The notes: generated by a model from the letters alone, not told the origin. DNA of 62,973 bases, filler included, from Cercozoa sp. M6MM (GCA_040357565.1; 7 parts of 7 records of this genome joined end to end with filler, not necessarily neighbours in it); one strand, 5' to 3'; counted from the first letter of the whole stretch, positions 1 through 13,866 are shown. Made by a program: numbers and translations.

Positions 1-104
1 CCCCCCCCCCCCCCCCCCCCCCTCCCCCCCGCTCTTCCGGGGGGGGGATGGGGGCGGGGGGGGGGGGGGTACGGGAGTGTGTGGGAGGGGCAAGAACAGA
101 GTAC

Positions 105-777
105 ATCGGTGCGTCGCTCCTGTCGCTGCAGCAGCTGCATGTTGTCCAAGTCGCGAGTTTCGTCTTTCTCCTCCAGCTGCTTCTTGGGCGCGTTCTAGAC
201 ACATCCCAATAACCCCTCCCTGTTAACTCCCTTCCCCATTTGCTCCTGGACTAAATCGGCACCCGTCGCCGGCGTCCACTGCGTGCAACGTCGGCGTCGA
301 TGCTGCGGTAGTCGCGCTTGAGTTCCGTGAGCGCTTGGTGTCGTCTCTCCAACTCGCCTGGCACAAGGGTAGGAGTAGAAAGATAGGGGGGGGGGGGGGG
401 TAAGAAGCAGGTAAAACGCACCAGCAGTCACGGCGTGTTCGCGCGGATTCCGCTGCGCCGCCGCGAGTTCCGTGTCCAGATCGTCGACCACGTGCGACAA
501 CTGGAGTGATCACTCATCCATCCTGCCCCTTAAATCACACAACAACAACGAACCTCATCGAGTCGTCCTTTCATCTGTCGCTTCAGCGACGAAGCCGCCT
601 GCCGCTTGCCTGACTGCTCGAGTGACAGCAGACGCTGCTCATACGGCGAAATCACAATCAACCAACAAGCACATCCAGTTGCACAATGAGAAGCCTACCG
701 AAAGATCGCCGCGAAGATTCTGCACATCGCCCAGCGCACGCTCCATGCGACTTAGCCAGTCTCCCGACCCATTAAAC
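105..777 (-). CDS. Qc-SNARE, syntaxin-8/SYP5/syntaxin-6-like (multi-exon; 3' end runs off the window, exact start unresolved)
   Basis: Spliced: SGDWLSRMERALGDVQNLRGDLS-QRLLSLEQ...LDTELAAAQRNPREHAVTAGELERRHQALTELKRDY...EKDETRDLDNMQLLQRQE. NPxxxxxxxxELxRR and ETRxLDNxxLLQxQ resemble the Habc and pre-SNARE segments of Stx6/Stx8/SYP5. Confidence 0.6.
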
Positions 778-1126
778 TGATCCCTATGAAAGTCGCACAA
801 ACATTTCAGATACATTCACATTTGTGTGTGAGCAACAACACACGGACAACACGATACTTAGGTCAAACACACATGGGCAGCATGCACGCTTCTATCTAAC
901 ACCTGGCACTGTACTGCACACCCAGTGCTAGTGCTGAAATGAGGCCGACTATCAAGGTGGGCCGTCCAATACTCCAGGCAAAACAAATTATAAAGAAAAT
1001 CTGCACTTCCATCCCTGCACTTCCATCCCTGCACTAAGCGCACGATTAGAGCTATTGAACGTTAACGGTTACTGTCGAAATCTAACATGTTCAGTTGTCG
1101 ACTTTTCGTACGGATTCCCGGAGTGA

Positions 1127-1335
1127 CTATGGTTCAATGGGAGCCGGGATGTCTTGGTCCTGCAGCTTCTGCTTCCACCAGTCCACACACCATCGCGCCA
1201 GAGCGGCCTGCAAGAGCAATCGAGGCATGAGCACACGCTTTGTTGGGAACGAAGGAAGCGAAAAGTACCGTCGAATCGATGCACTGTGACTGGTCAACTT
1301 CGCCGTCTGTACAACAAAAAGTAATGAGAGTGAGT

Positions 1336-1429
<94 letters not shown>

Positions 1430-2467
1430 GACAAGAGAAAATGCCACGTACTCGTAATGAGGTCCATGGCCAGCGGGATCTCAGTGCAGCATTGCAGCAG
1501 CAAGGTCGCACCTGTAACAAGCAGCAGCGATACTCTTGGCTGGCACATGCAACTGAAACACGAAGGTACCGGACTGCTGCATAGCAAGGTTCGCTTGCTG
1601 GTGCAACGTGCGTCCACCGGCCTCAACGTCGCCGGCTTTCACCTGCAAGATAGCTTCCGACACCTGCAGGCCGAGTTCTCCCTTAGTTTATTTAAGATTG
1701 TTAAAAAACACCAAACAAGACTGTACCCGCGACTGCACGTCTGACGACGGCAAAACGCACTCGATGCCTTCTTGCTGCAGCATACGCTGGTAGAAGCCCG
1801 AAACGATCGTGCCCTGTCATTAAAGCATCAATACAGCAAGGTGAAAATGTGGATACTTTTTATATGATACTTTTTATATCTGAGGATGGAAAAGGAAGTT
1901 ACACGCGTGGCGAACAGCATCACTTTCTTTGCTTTCTTTTCAACAGCCTACGATGGTTCACTCAAGTCAACAGTGGTCATCAAACAGGAGCATACCTCCT
2001 GAGTGACAGCGTGGCCCATGTGAACAAAGTTGAGATCTGGCACACTCTCCTGCACCTCGTGGAACCTGCAAGCAACAACCATGCTAAACACTTCCACTGT
2101 TCCAGGAACGCAAGCTGATCAGTTCTCAAAACTCACCAGTGATGCGCAGTGTTGCACGTCATCACCAAATCCGTGCAGCCGGCTTTCTGCAGCACTCCTC
2201 AGTACAAGGAAACACAAAGGCCAAGGAGCAACAAGAGGCGCGAACCTTCAACGCCATGGCCGCCTTGATCAACACCTGCGTTGGCAGTTCGCCCTCTCCA
2301 ATCACGGCTGCCGTGCGATTCGGCACCTGCGGCACGTTGTAGACCACCATGGGCACGTGCTGCTGGTCGGTGCGTGCGAAGGAGTCCGCGCTCATGTTGA
2401 GCACCTTGGACATGAAATCAATGGTTGCAGCTGGTCCCATGCCGCCGATCACGCCAATCAAACCCAT
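1127..2467 (-). CDS. Aspartate/glutamate racemase family (PLP-independent, two-cysteine), 9 exons
   Basis: Spliced with 8 GT-AG introns: MGLIGVIGGMGPAATIDF...DQQHVP...VPNRT...MTCNTAHHW...FATRGTIVSGFYQ...QCCTEIPL...IDST...IEP*. Both catalytic motifs (CNTAH, CTE) are present. Confidence 0.92.
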
Positions 2468-2985
2468 GCTTACGCCGGACTTTGTTGCAAACAGGGTGCT
2501 ACAGCAGCAACACAGCACACACAGAACGTTGCCTCCAAAACCACCGATCTCATGTCCAAGGTACGAACAAGCTACCACAGTGACCTATAGACACGTGTTT
2601 CTTACTGCATTCAACTGGCACGTCTTATGCATATATCTGCACGCGCGCTTTGCTTGGCACGGTTCGCTATCGGCAGTTGACTACTTTTTCAGCCAGCCGC
2701 GAGTGACCGATTTGTCCACAAACGGGTCTGTTTACACCATTTGATCCGAAACGAAAATATGATTGCTCATCGTCCACCGCCAGTCCACTTGAGTGGCCAT
2801 TCGCCGTGCAGGATTGTTGGTTTAGTGAATTGCTGGTACCTCTGGTGCGTATTTTTGGTGCCGTCGGTCCACCCGGCTGCCATTGAGCACGTGCGACCTG
2901 ATCGCGGCGCGCTCGCCGCGTTTTTGTTTTGGTGTGTTTTTATGTCCTCTCTCATCTCCATGGTTCAACAGACGTACTGCTGAAA

Positions 2986-4173
2986 ATGGCGGACGAAGAG
3001 CAGCCCAAGATCGTCCACGAGGGCTGGTTGCGCAAGTGCGGTACCCGAACCAGCGCGCAAGCGAAAATGTGAAAATGTGATGTATGTATGTATCGGCCGC
3101 TTGTAGGCGGTCGTCGCAAGACCTGGAAGAAGCGCTACTTTGTGCTCATGGATAATCAGTTCCTGGTGTACTTTGCCGATCGAGAGGTATGGTTGTGTGT
3201 ATGTTAAGACACTGCGATTGACTTTGATAAAATGCTTTTCGCAGGCAGCGCAGCGGGGAGCTTCCGACCCAGACGCCTGCATCGGCGGCATCGACATCAC
3301 CGCGGTTACAATGCTGCGCAAAATGTATCTTCTTTGTAGCCTTGTAACCGCGGTGATGTCAAATGTGTTGATGTACGTTTTAATGACTCGAAATGTCACA
3401 CAGGGACGACAATCAGTTCGGCTTCGAGTTGCGCACAGATGAGCGTGACTTTGGTACGCCATCCCGAACATCTTTTTTACTTACTTTGAAAAAGATGCGC
3501 GTGTGACGTGGCACAGGCATGCGAGCCAGCAGTGATCAGGACAGAGACACATGGATTCAGAAGCTGCAGTCACAAGTTCTCGATCGGTGTGTTCTACTGT
3601 GTGGGTCTCTACGCAAATGCGCATGGGACGAAAATGTGCATGTGGTGTGTGAAACAGACACCCGGTGAAAGTGCAACACTCTGGATGGCTCGAGAAAGAG
3701 GGCGGTCGTATTCGCACGTGGAAGCGACGTTTCTGCGTCGTAGCGGCCGGCCACCTGTTCTACTTTAAGAAGCAGGAGGACTTTGACCGACTCAACAGCA
3801 ACATGTACTTTTCGGAGCCTGCCCTGGTGCAGGCGTTCTGTGAGGGTAGCGTTTCATCCCACTTTGCTATAGCTCTGTATCCTCATTAATATGTTGGTTG
3901 TGCAGTGGCCCAAGGCGTGATTCCTCTCAACAATGGCACCAAGGTCACGCGCTCGATCGGCCAGTACAAGGGCCGCGCGCACTGCTTCTTTGCGCAGAGC
4001 GAAGCTCGCGGCGGTCGGTACTGGCGTTTCTCTTCTATGTGTGATTTTGTAGCCCAGTTGGTGTATTCTTTAGGCGCCTCGTGTGCGACGCTGGCACTGG
4101 AGCCGAGTTGGAAACCTGGTTCACGGCCATTGAGCAGTGCCAGCTTACCATGGTGGACCCTCTGTCAGGTTGA
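2986..4173 (+). CDS. Tandem PH-domain protein
   Basis: Spliced: IVHEGWLRKCGGRRKTWKKRYFVL...DTWIQKLQ, then QHSGWLEKEGGRIRTWKRRFCVV...ETWFTAIE. TGA at 4171-4173. Confidence 0.85.
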
Positions 4174-4447
4174 TCTCGTCCGCCGAGAACCATTCGGCTT
4201 TTTCGCGGCCGGCTCCCCTGGCTCAAAGTCAGTGAGTCTTAAATTGCAAACCAACTGCCTTATCTGGGCGAACTGAAGACTACGTACTGTATCGTATGCG
4301 CCCGCACTCGTTATTATTTAATGTTAGTCACGTGTGCACCTATATCTGAAATGAAAGTGCACCTATAACTGAAATGGAAGTCAGCGCAGCCCAACGCAAT
4401 CAACTCGACTGAGAGGCAAAAACCCCGGCCTCTCGAGAGTCTACGCG

Positions 4448-6096
4448 TTACTTCTTGCTGGCGCCACGACCACGGCCACGGCCTCGTCCGCGTCCGCGTC
4501 CGCGTCCACGTCCGCGTCCACGTCCACCACGTCCACGTCCGCCACGTCGGTAGTCGATCTTCTTGGGTCTTGCCGACTTGTGCGTCAAGGCAAAGGCCGG
4601 CACAACCTCAGCGAGCTTGCGACGCTTCTTGACGGGCTCGTTCTTGACAGGCTCCGGCTCCTCCGACTCCGCTTCCGGCTCCTCCGACTCTTCTGGCTCA
4701 TCGTTTTCGTCATCGTCGTTGCGCTCGCGACGACGCTTGCGCCATCGCTTGCCTGTGGTTAGGAGATAGGAGAGGGGTCGGGGGGAAGGGAGTTAAACTG
4801 ACCATCGCCGTGGTTGCTGGCAACGACTTCGTCCAAATCGCCGCCACTTGCGAAGGCATGCATGAACAACTGCAAGAGGGAGGGGTAAAAGCGACACAAG
4901 GCCAAAGAAACAAAGTACGGCAGCCTTGCGGACACGCGGGTCGTCACACAGCATACGCCAGGCACTGCGCGGTGGAGGGGGTGGGTAGGGGGTAAAGTAG
5001 AGGGGGGGTAAAGCATGAGAAAGTTACTCGTCAATGCCCTGCGACACCGCAAGCTGCGCGAATGAAGCTTCTACGACTCAAAAAGAAGTAAAGAATCACA
5101 GGTAAGAATCACAGGCAGATCACTGAAGAAAGGACACCCTTCTCGCATGTGATGCGTTGCTGCGCGTGCTGCGACAGGTGCTCACACAGCGAGCGCAGCG
5201 TTTTCTCTTGGGCACTGTCTCCGAAGTAAAGTGATCGAGCAGGAATAAAGAATCCAAAACTACCTCTCATCACTGTGCTCGATTGTCTCAGTGTCCTCGT
5301 TCTCCTCATTGTCCTCCTTCGAGTTCAGCTTGGCCGGCTTCACGAGGATCCACATGCGCAGCACGTGGTAGTCCACGAGCGACCACTGACCAAGTCAAGA
5401 CAGCTTAAATTCAACACCACTCGATGCAACAAAAACGGTGTACCTGGAAATCCGTGATCACCATGTCACTTTGAGCGATCGTGTTGGCCAGTTGGACCTG
5501 CAAAAATACAAAAAAAGTCGCAAAAAAGAGTCTTCGAACGGGAAAAGATTTCACCAAGTCAGTCACACTCGGAATAGCGTGCAGGCCCTTCTTGTTCTTC
5601 TTCTTGTAGTCCTCATCTTCCTCATCGCTGCGATCGAAATCGACCGAAATGATCAATAAAATAAAAGGTAATTAAAAAAAAACAAAAAAACAAAAACACA
5701 ACTTTACCTCTCGAAAGTCTCGTCGTTGGGCACCGTGTCGGGTTCGGCATCCACCAAAGGCGCGAAAACGCTGCTCTCCGCCTTGGCTGGTGCCTAAATG
5801 ACACAAACAACCAAATAATGAAAGCAAAAAGACAACACGCACCAACACACCTTCAGCGCAGCCAGAATCGCGGCAGTTTGCTCCTCTTCCAAACTGCCCT
5901 TGCACCGGCCTGTGCATCCAAGCACATCATCCGGGTACTCAAGCAGACTGTTGGCAGTACCGACATGTCGGCGAATGGCCTGAGCCAGTTTGAAGCCAAA
6001 ACTCTTCTTCTTGCCCTACAAAAATTAAGAAGCAATCAAACTGATGTGTTTGTTGTCAGAAGAAAACTGCACCTTTTCCGAGCCAGGCACAGCCAT
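4448..6096 (-). CDS. Hypothetical multi-exon protein with acidic tracts and a C-terminal RG/RGG repeat tail
   Basis: Exons MAVPGSEK..., IISVDFDRSDEEDEDYKKKNKKG..., last exon ...PVKKRRKLAE...DYRRGGRGRGGRGRGRGRGRG...ASKK*. No family recognised; start tentative. Confidence 0.55.
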
Positions 6097-6952
6097 GGCA
6101 GTGAGTGCCGGCCATAGTGCTTGCACAAGCATCAACTTGTCGCAACTTCGGTTTCCCTTGTTCACCTTGTTCAGGTTGACCGAGAGAGTGCCGGTTCCAA
6201 GACGAATGTTGGCGATACGTGCCTGTGCGATCACAATCGGGCAGTTAGTGTTAAATAAAGCTCTCGATTTATTTTCATTCAGCATAAACCAACCGATTTC
6301 GGCTTTGTGCCGGCAAAAGTGAGCGTTTCTTGGAGTGCCAGACGCGCCACGACATCCACGAGTGGCAGAGCTGCCGCAGGCACGTTCCTGAGAAGCAGAC
6401 AACGGAACAATCAGTTCAAATCATCAGTTCACAAGTGAGCAGCGAAACTGACCAGTTTCTCCCCAAAAAACGAAAAATCGTTCAATTGCCACAACAACCT
6501 CTTACCGGTTCTTGTATTCACGGGCCAGGGCCGAGTCGCTCAGCGGCACCTGCTTTGAGTTGCCCGCCAACAGCAAGCTGACCAAGCACTCAGACAGCGC
6601 ATTCGCCGCGAGTTGGCGCAGCGACGCACCGGGAACCGCAGACATTAGTTAATTGCTGCGCACACACTGCTTGGATACTCAAATTGTGCACTAAATAGTT
6701 GAGAGCGCCGAATTTGATATGCTTATATTAAAACTAAGAGTTCATTTGGACGAGTTTCGGCGGATAGAGCGCTGAGTCAGTATAAAAAGGAAGCCTAAAA
6801 AGGCGACGAATCGTGGTGTTAGAGACGCTCCGGTGCGAGAAAGTGCATATCTGAGACGTTTGTGTGGTTAGCAGACGTTTCTGGCGTAGTCTGGTCCTAT
6901 TATTTTATTTGACTGTGTTTGAGCGCGTTTTAACGTGTTTTCTCTGCTACAG

Positions 6953-9900
6953 ATGAGTTTGAAGGCGCCATCGTTGGGCTTTTTGGGCACCAGCAGTAGG
7001 TAAAGACTGACCGTGTTTTTAATTGTTTTCTGTGGCCACACAGAGCTCGAGACCGACTATATTCTTGCCAACGTTGTGTTTGTTTGTGTCAGCAGCGAGG
7101 ACGACAACGAGAGTGACAGCGATTACGACGCGCCGATCCAGACGCAACAGTCGCGCTCGTCCAAACGGTGAGCAAAAAAAAAAGAACAGTGTGAAGTTGG
7201 TGGGAGTCGCCTGTTTTAATTTTGGTATTTTCTCCCAGTGCAACAACGACTGTTCCCAGAGCACGCAAGGCAGGCAAGGAGAAGAGGAAGAAAGAGAGCA
7301 AAAACGACCGAATACGGCGTCCTGTAGGCTGTTTGTGTGTGTGTGTGTGTCAGTTACTAAGGGGGGACGTTTTGTAGGCCGACAAACGAGCGTGTCCATT
7401 TTGTGACTCGGTACTCGGCACCGGCGATCGCTTCTTCTTTGTCGATCATGTCACTCGACACGTTGGTACTACTGCCTACTGTCTACCTGCGGTTACTCCT
7501 GCCCACTCTGACAGGCGTGTTGTTGTTGACTGTATTTATGTTGCGGTGTTGCAGGACTCGTGTCATGGCGGTGCTCGCTGTGCGACGTCGGTTTCGCCAC
7601 GCGACACGCTTTCTACGGCCACAAGACCAAGTAGCTTTACTCCTCTCTTTACCTCCTACCCCTTGCCCCTTTACTGCCTTACCCCCTCGTGCAGACGCAG
7701 CTGCGGCGGCAGTTGGGAACGCTTCATTCCACACGACGTATTCTTGCTGTATTATGGGGGGGGGGTATAGCTATAACCTTGTGTATTCAGACCTGGAAGG
7801 AGAAGTTTGCCGGCATCCTGTCAGGCCAGGTATCAGTTTCCTGAAATCAATGACTGGAGGGGAGAGGGTCCGAATGGGTATCAATGTAGCACACCAAGGA
7901 GGAGATTCTCCAGGTGGTACACGGTGTCTGCAAGACACACGATTGTTACATCGATGAGAGTCTTGTCAGGTACACCTTTACCCACCTTTACGCCCATCTT
8001 TACTCCCTCTCTTTACCCCTTCACCCCTTCACTCTTGACCTCTCTTTACCCCTTCACCCGCTTTACCCTGACCTGTCTTTGTAGCTCGGAAGGCGGCACT
8101 GTTCACGAAGTGCAACTGCCGAAACATTTGTGTCGCGGGTGAGCTTTATCTTCTACCTCTCTCCCTTACCCCTTTACCCCTTTCCTCCACCCGGTAGACT
8201 AAAGCCGCAGGTGCCGTTGGCGCGGCCGAAGAAAGCGGCGACGAAGCGCAGCGACCCGGCCAAGCGGCAGAAGCGACAGGCGCGTGTTGCCGCTGCAGTG
8301 CCTGGTACTATCTGACTGAGTGGTCACCCACTGTGATCACTTGTGAAGTGACCACCCTGGAGTACTGATCGCCTGCGTGTCTGCAGACCTACGGAACGAC
8401 CAGGCGCAGCTGCAGATTGAAAGTTCCGAGCACCCGCTGCTGCCGCTTTCGGTCTACGAAAAGTACGCACGTTTTTCTGATCTTTGAGTGACCACCTGGA
8501 GCGACCACCCAACTGATCTCTGATCTCTGGGCGTGTGACTCAGAGGCACCACGACGCACTTCTGCCGTGTGTGCAAGCGATACCTCCGACTCAAGGACAA
8601 GGGTAGTCCGCGCACCCCCTTAATCACTACCCCTTTTACACCCTCAATTACCCTTTTTCCCCTCAATTACCCTACTTTCGCTCCATTGCCCTCCTTTTTG
8701 CACCCTTAATCGTTGTTCCTTACTGCACCTTAACTGGCCTGCAGAGTACGTGGACCACATGTTCCAACACTTCAAGTTCCCCGGCTACTCGTGCTCGCTG
8801 TGTCGTGTACCACCTGTCCTCATTGTGCACGAGTGTGTCCGTTTGGACGGTTCCCTTTGTACGGGTGTGTTTGATGTGTCTGTGCAGAAACGAATGTCGT
8901 CCAAGAAACAGTTCTACCCGCACCGGCAGCAGTGCATGCGCAAGGAGCAGTTCAACAGTCAGAGTGCGCTGTCTGGTAGACCGCTGCTTTAGCATACTAT
9001 TGAACGCACCCTTAACTACCCTGTGTGAACAGCCCTGTCGGTGGAGATTAAGCAGAAACTGACGCGTGCTGTGCTGTGCATTCCTTCGCCTGACCAGGTA
9101 GATTTACTCTTTTAACCCCCTCCCCCTCCCCGCCCTCTTTTTCCTCATTACCTTTGGTTGACTGCAGTTGCAACTGTTGTTCTTCTCGGCGTCGCGTTCG
9201 GAAGGCTTGCTTGGCGACACAGTGCTTGATGTACGTGCTCTTGGTTTGTACACTTTGACAACTCACACTGACTGGAATGATTGGGGCAGAACGACACGTG
9301 GAAGGACCCGATCGATCAGGTAGACTCAGCGTGTCTTTCTTTCTCTGTTATATTTAAGGGTGCTAAAACCGCAGGAGTCGGAGAAAGAAAGCGAGCTGCG
9401 CACACGCGTGCTGGAAGCGCTGTCGCTGGATCCGTAATTTTTGTCTGCAGAGTGACCGGACTGAGTGTGCATGTGCATGCAAACGTGCGCAGTCAGGGAG
9501 ACCGACAGTTGACACGTGCGCAGTGGCGCCAAGCCACGCAGAGACTGGTACACTTGGGTTGGCACTTGGCTTTTTGATCCACTTGTGTGAGTGTGCTTGT
9601 ATGCACAGTACCAGCGTGTCTTGGCGCAAAAGCAACAGCGTGCCATTGAGGTTTTTGACGCTTTCTTGTCGTTTTGCTGTTTTTTGTTGTTTTTAAAACG
9701 TTCTTGTGTTCAGCGCGACAAAGTTCGACGTGCGTTCGAGGCGAAAAACGGCGTTGCGCTCAACGTTGTGCGCGTCGTGTTTGGTACCACTTGGCACATG
9801 ACACGTGTTTGTGCTCTGCTCACACGTGTACGTTTCTCTCACTCTGCAGGCGATGACATCGGTGGACTCAAGCACGCTGGGCGCTCTGCGAAGAGTACTA

Positions 9901-11587
9901 TCAACGTTTTTCTTTCGCTTTTTTGTGTCTTGATTGAAAAATAGTCGTCTTTCACTTGCTTTTAAGAGAACCGATGTATTTTCCATTTTGTTTTTGTGTC
10001 TCAGCCGATCGAAAAGTTGGCACGCAGTTCATGGCGCAGCCGTCGTTCGTGGTACAGATTTCTTATGAACGGGATTTTTGTGAGACGGGATTGCTTGGGA
10101 TTGATTGTGAGACACTGAACTGGATTGTTCACAGGTCATGCTGGGTGACACGGCCGAGGAGGACGAGCCAGTCGGCAGTGCTTTGCGTCGCCCGCCTGCT
10201 CACGTAAATTTCTTTTTTTTTTAACGAGAAATTAATCTCATTCCAAAAATGTATTCGAGCAGTCGAAACAGAGTGCGCTTGATGCATTGGAAGACATTTC
10301 GAACGAGGAAACACTTGCAACTGGCAGAACAAGCAAACTTGCTGGAACCAGTCAGATTGCAAACCACCTTGTTCGCGGGAGTCAAGAGAAAACTGATCAA
10401 ACTGTCGAAAGTCCCGGTGCGTTTCTCGTGCTTTCTTCTTTTGTGCTTTACTTTTTGACAGCATACGGGTGTACTTTGGACAGTACGACAAGTGCCACTG
10501 CAGTGGCACGTGCCGATCGAGGGCTGCGACGTTGCTGCTTCGTACGTTGTTCTGTCGACTCAAAAATAAAAATAAACTTTGCGGGGGTTTTGACGGGGTT
10601 TTTGATGGATCTTAAATGAGGTCAAAGGGGTTAACAAATGTTAAGAGAGGTTGAAGAAAAGCATGTGTGCGCAGTTTTTGCCGGGAAGCGGCCGAAGCGG
10701 TGAAACGCGGCGACCTGCGGCACGTCTACGCGCGCTCCGTCGTGCCCGCGCGTCCGCGACTGTTCCCGGCGTCGGACGAAAGCGACTGCTACAGCAGCGA
10801 CGTCATGGGTGTGCCGCTCGATATCAGGTATCACACTCACTCCCTTAACTAATTAACCCATTCCCTTAACAACTAACTTCCTTAACTAACTCGCTCCCTT
10901 AATTAACTCGCTTCCTTAATTAACTCGCTTCCTTAATCATCTCTCGTTTGCAGGTACCAGGCACCGCGCCGAAAGACGGCGTCGTCGCCGCGAAAGTCGC
11001 TCGAAGCGCCGCCGCGAAAGTGCGTTTCTCCTTCTGGGACAGGAGGATCGCCGTCCATTTGTACCGCGTGTTGTGTCCATTTGTACCTGTCTGCGTAGGA
11101 TCGAAACGGCGGTCGGTAACACGACCATGAAGGGCGTGCGCTTTCACTGCCGACTGTGCGACGCGGCGTACCACTGCCAGGTACGTCCTTTGTACTGCAT
11201 GGACGTCCAGATGGACGGTCCATCTGAACGACTGGCTACCAGGTGTACCTGTATGTTGTGTCTGTCTGTATGCACAGAGAGCCAAGTTTGTCGAGCACGT
11301 GTACTCGCACTTCTCGTTCCGACCGCTGGCGTGTAGTGCGTGTCACAAGTACCCTTTCCCCTTGGACAAGCTTGTTTGACACACTAAACGACCTTGTTTG
11401 ACACACTAAACTACCTTGTTTGACACACTGAACTACCGTGTGGTTTCTTGTCAGGAACTGGCTCTCGAAAACGATCGACAAAATCGTCGAATTGGACGCG
11501 GTAATTCGCAGTCATTATTGCTTTGTATTTCTGTACTTTTTTGTATTTTCTGCATTTGGGTATCTTTGGTATCGTTGATTGTGCCTA

Positions 11588-11632
<45 letters not shown>

Positions 11633-13866
11633 CCAGGCGGAGACAGAGCTAAAGCTGTTTCCGTTCCGCCGACTGGTGCACAACCACGTGTCCAAGAGCA
11701 AGTGCAAGGGCTCAGTCGTCGAGGTCGTCGACATTCCGGCTCTGCGCGACGACCTGGTCGGTACGCTGCGCCCCTTTAAGTTGCCTCACGCCCCCTTGAG
11801 TCACTCTTGTGCGGACAGGCCTGGCCTGCAGCACGGAACTCTCGGCCGACGAGATCAAAACGCGACTACTGCAGCTTTTGGAAAACACGCAACTGCCGTA
11901 TTACACGCACACTAACTCAAATATATACATAATATTATGTATCGTCAATATATATATATATATATATATGCATATATATATATGCATATAAATATACAGA
12001 TACATATAAATATGCAGATATATATTGGATGATGTTTGTTGATATGTCTACACACACAGAGTGAAATACACGGACGAGCCGAGTCGTCAGTTCATCGTGG
12101 TACTCTTTCTCCCAGTCAGTCAAGCTAGCTGACTGGGATACGTGTGGCCTGTGACCAATGGTGACACGTGCCGTGCCTGCAGAAAGAGATCGACAATCCC
12201 GAGTACCTCAACTTCCGCGCACCGTCAGTCGACCCGCGCGTGCAACAAGCAGGTGCCTTTTCGTTTTTATATTTTCGTATTTGTCTGCTGACCCAACTGA
12301 AGCGTTGTTGTTGTAGAAAACGACGACCCGGGCAAGGTGCGCTTCGTGACACATCGCGAGCGTGACGTGTTGTCGGTGCTTTTACCCCTTTCATCCCACT
12401 ACCCCCTTTGCTCCCTTACCCTCACTCCTCACCCCTACCCCTTGACCCCCTTGCAGATGGTGTCAATGCCGTATGACGCGTCGCCGCTGAGACAACACTT
12501 CGAACGTCTGACGCAGGCCGATGTACACAACAATAGCTTTGTCCTCTGGGAGGGGGGGAGGTAATTTGTTGTTTGGTACTAGGGCATGCAAGGTCTCGCT
12601 GGTCTCGTTCCTGCAGGTACACATCTTCCTTTGTGTCTCCTTTGATTGTAGCCCCTTCACTGTCCTTGTAAATAGGTCTGGCAGCTCACGCGCCATGTCT
12701 GTGGCACGCACCCGTGTCAGCCATTCCTGGTACTCATGCACTGGTACACATGTGCAGTACAATGTGTACCTCGTGTTTGTGTATGTCTTTGTTAAAAGGT
12801 GTCGAGGCGACGCTGCGAGGAGAGTCGCTCGGCATCTACGCCTGTGCCTCCTTGATCAGGGTACAACTCTGCTTACCCCCCTTAATCCTCTTTACCTATG
12901 CGTGTGTACAGACACGGGTCGACGTGATTGATGTGGCACGTGCCTGCCAGTCGCTTGGGGTACTCCTTGTTACTTGGGTGACCACATGGTCACACCGTCT
13001 CTGTGTAGAAACGCACGCAGCGGCCGGCCGGCGTGCTGCCGAAACGCAAGCGACGATCGGTGGCGACGCCGAGTCATCATGCTCACCTGCAGCACCAGCA
13101 GCAGTACCTCTGCCTGAATCGATCCATCTGTACTGTCGTGTGTCCAGTTGTACCGTCCGTTTGGACACACAGGATTACGAAAGCGGCGGTGCCGACGTCG
13201 AGCGGCGGTCGCTGGCGGCCCGAGGAGGACCGTTTGTTGCGCGAACTGTTGCTGCGGCACCGCTGCATTCCGACGCGCAACTTCAAGGCGCCTTGGCTGC
13301 GCGACAGGGGTGCCTCTGCTTGTCCTTCCTCCCTGTGTTTGTCCAATCTTCCTGTATCTAACCCTCTCTCTCTCCTTCCTACAGGCATGCTGAACACACG
13401 GAGCTACAGTGGCGTGTGTCAGCGAGCCCAGCGTCTACACTCGGGTAGACACTACCCTGTGTCTCAACTTGTGCTTTGACTGATGGGTCTTGTGTGTATA
13501 GAGCTGCCAGAGCTGCACTCGTTCCGCCGACTGGGCCGACAGGTATTGCACACGACGTGTATATGGTATATTATATATGTCCTGCATCAGGGCCTCATCC
13601 CGGGCACGTCGATCGACGAGATTCGCGCCAGCAGTGCCGCCAGTGACCATAGCAACCACGACGCAGACAAGGCGAGCCACCGAGGCAAGCACGGCAACAC
13701 CGACGAACTGTCCTCGGTGACGTCGACGCCAACGGTGACTTTGCGCGTGGCCGGCGGCAGTGCCGGCAGTGGCTCCACTACCGGCGGCACCAGTCGCACT
13801 CACGGCAGCGTGCTCAGTCACCACAGCGGCGGCAGCAACTTTGTCGTCTCTGCTGGACCTGGCTGA
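6953..13866 (+). CDS. Large multi-exon protein with three C2H2+C2HC zinc-finger pairs and a C-terminal Myb/SANT-like domain
   Basis: Finger pairs: CPFC...HVTRH / CSLC...HKTKRSC (7380-7710); CRVC...HMFQH / CSLC...HRQQC (8560-8945); CRLC...HVYSH / CSAC...HVSKSKC (11145-11705). GGRWRPEEDRLLRELLLRH near 13205-13262. Not every junction was verified, so it could be two genes. Confidence 0.6.

Noticed and set aside
1127-1744. ORFs with poly-(CV)/(HT) tracts here and elsewhere
   Set aside because: These are translations of intronic (GT/CA)n microsatellites.
4334-4380. Two ~23-bp direct repeats (GTGCACCTATA.CTGAAATG.AAGT)
   Set aside because: A simple local duplication with no other supporting structure.
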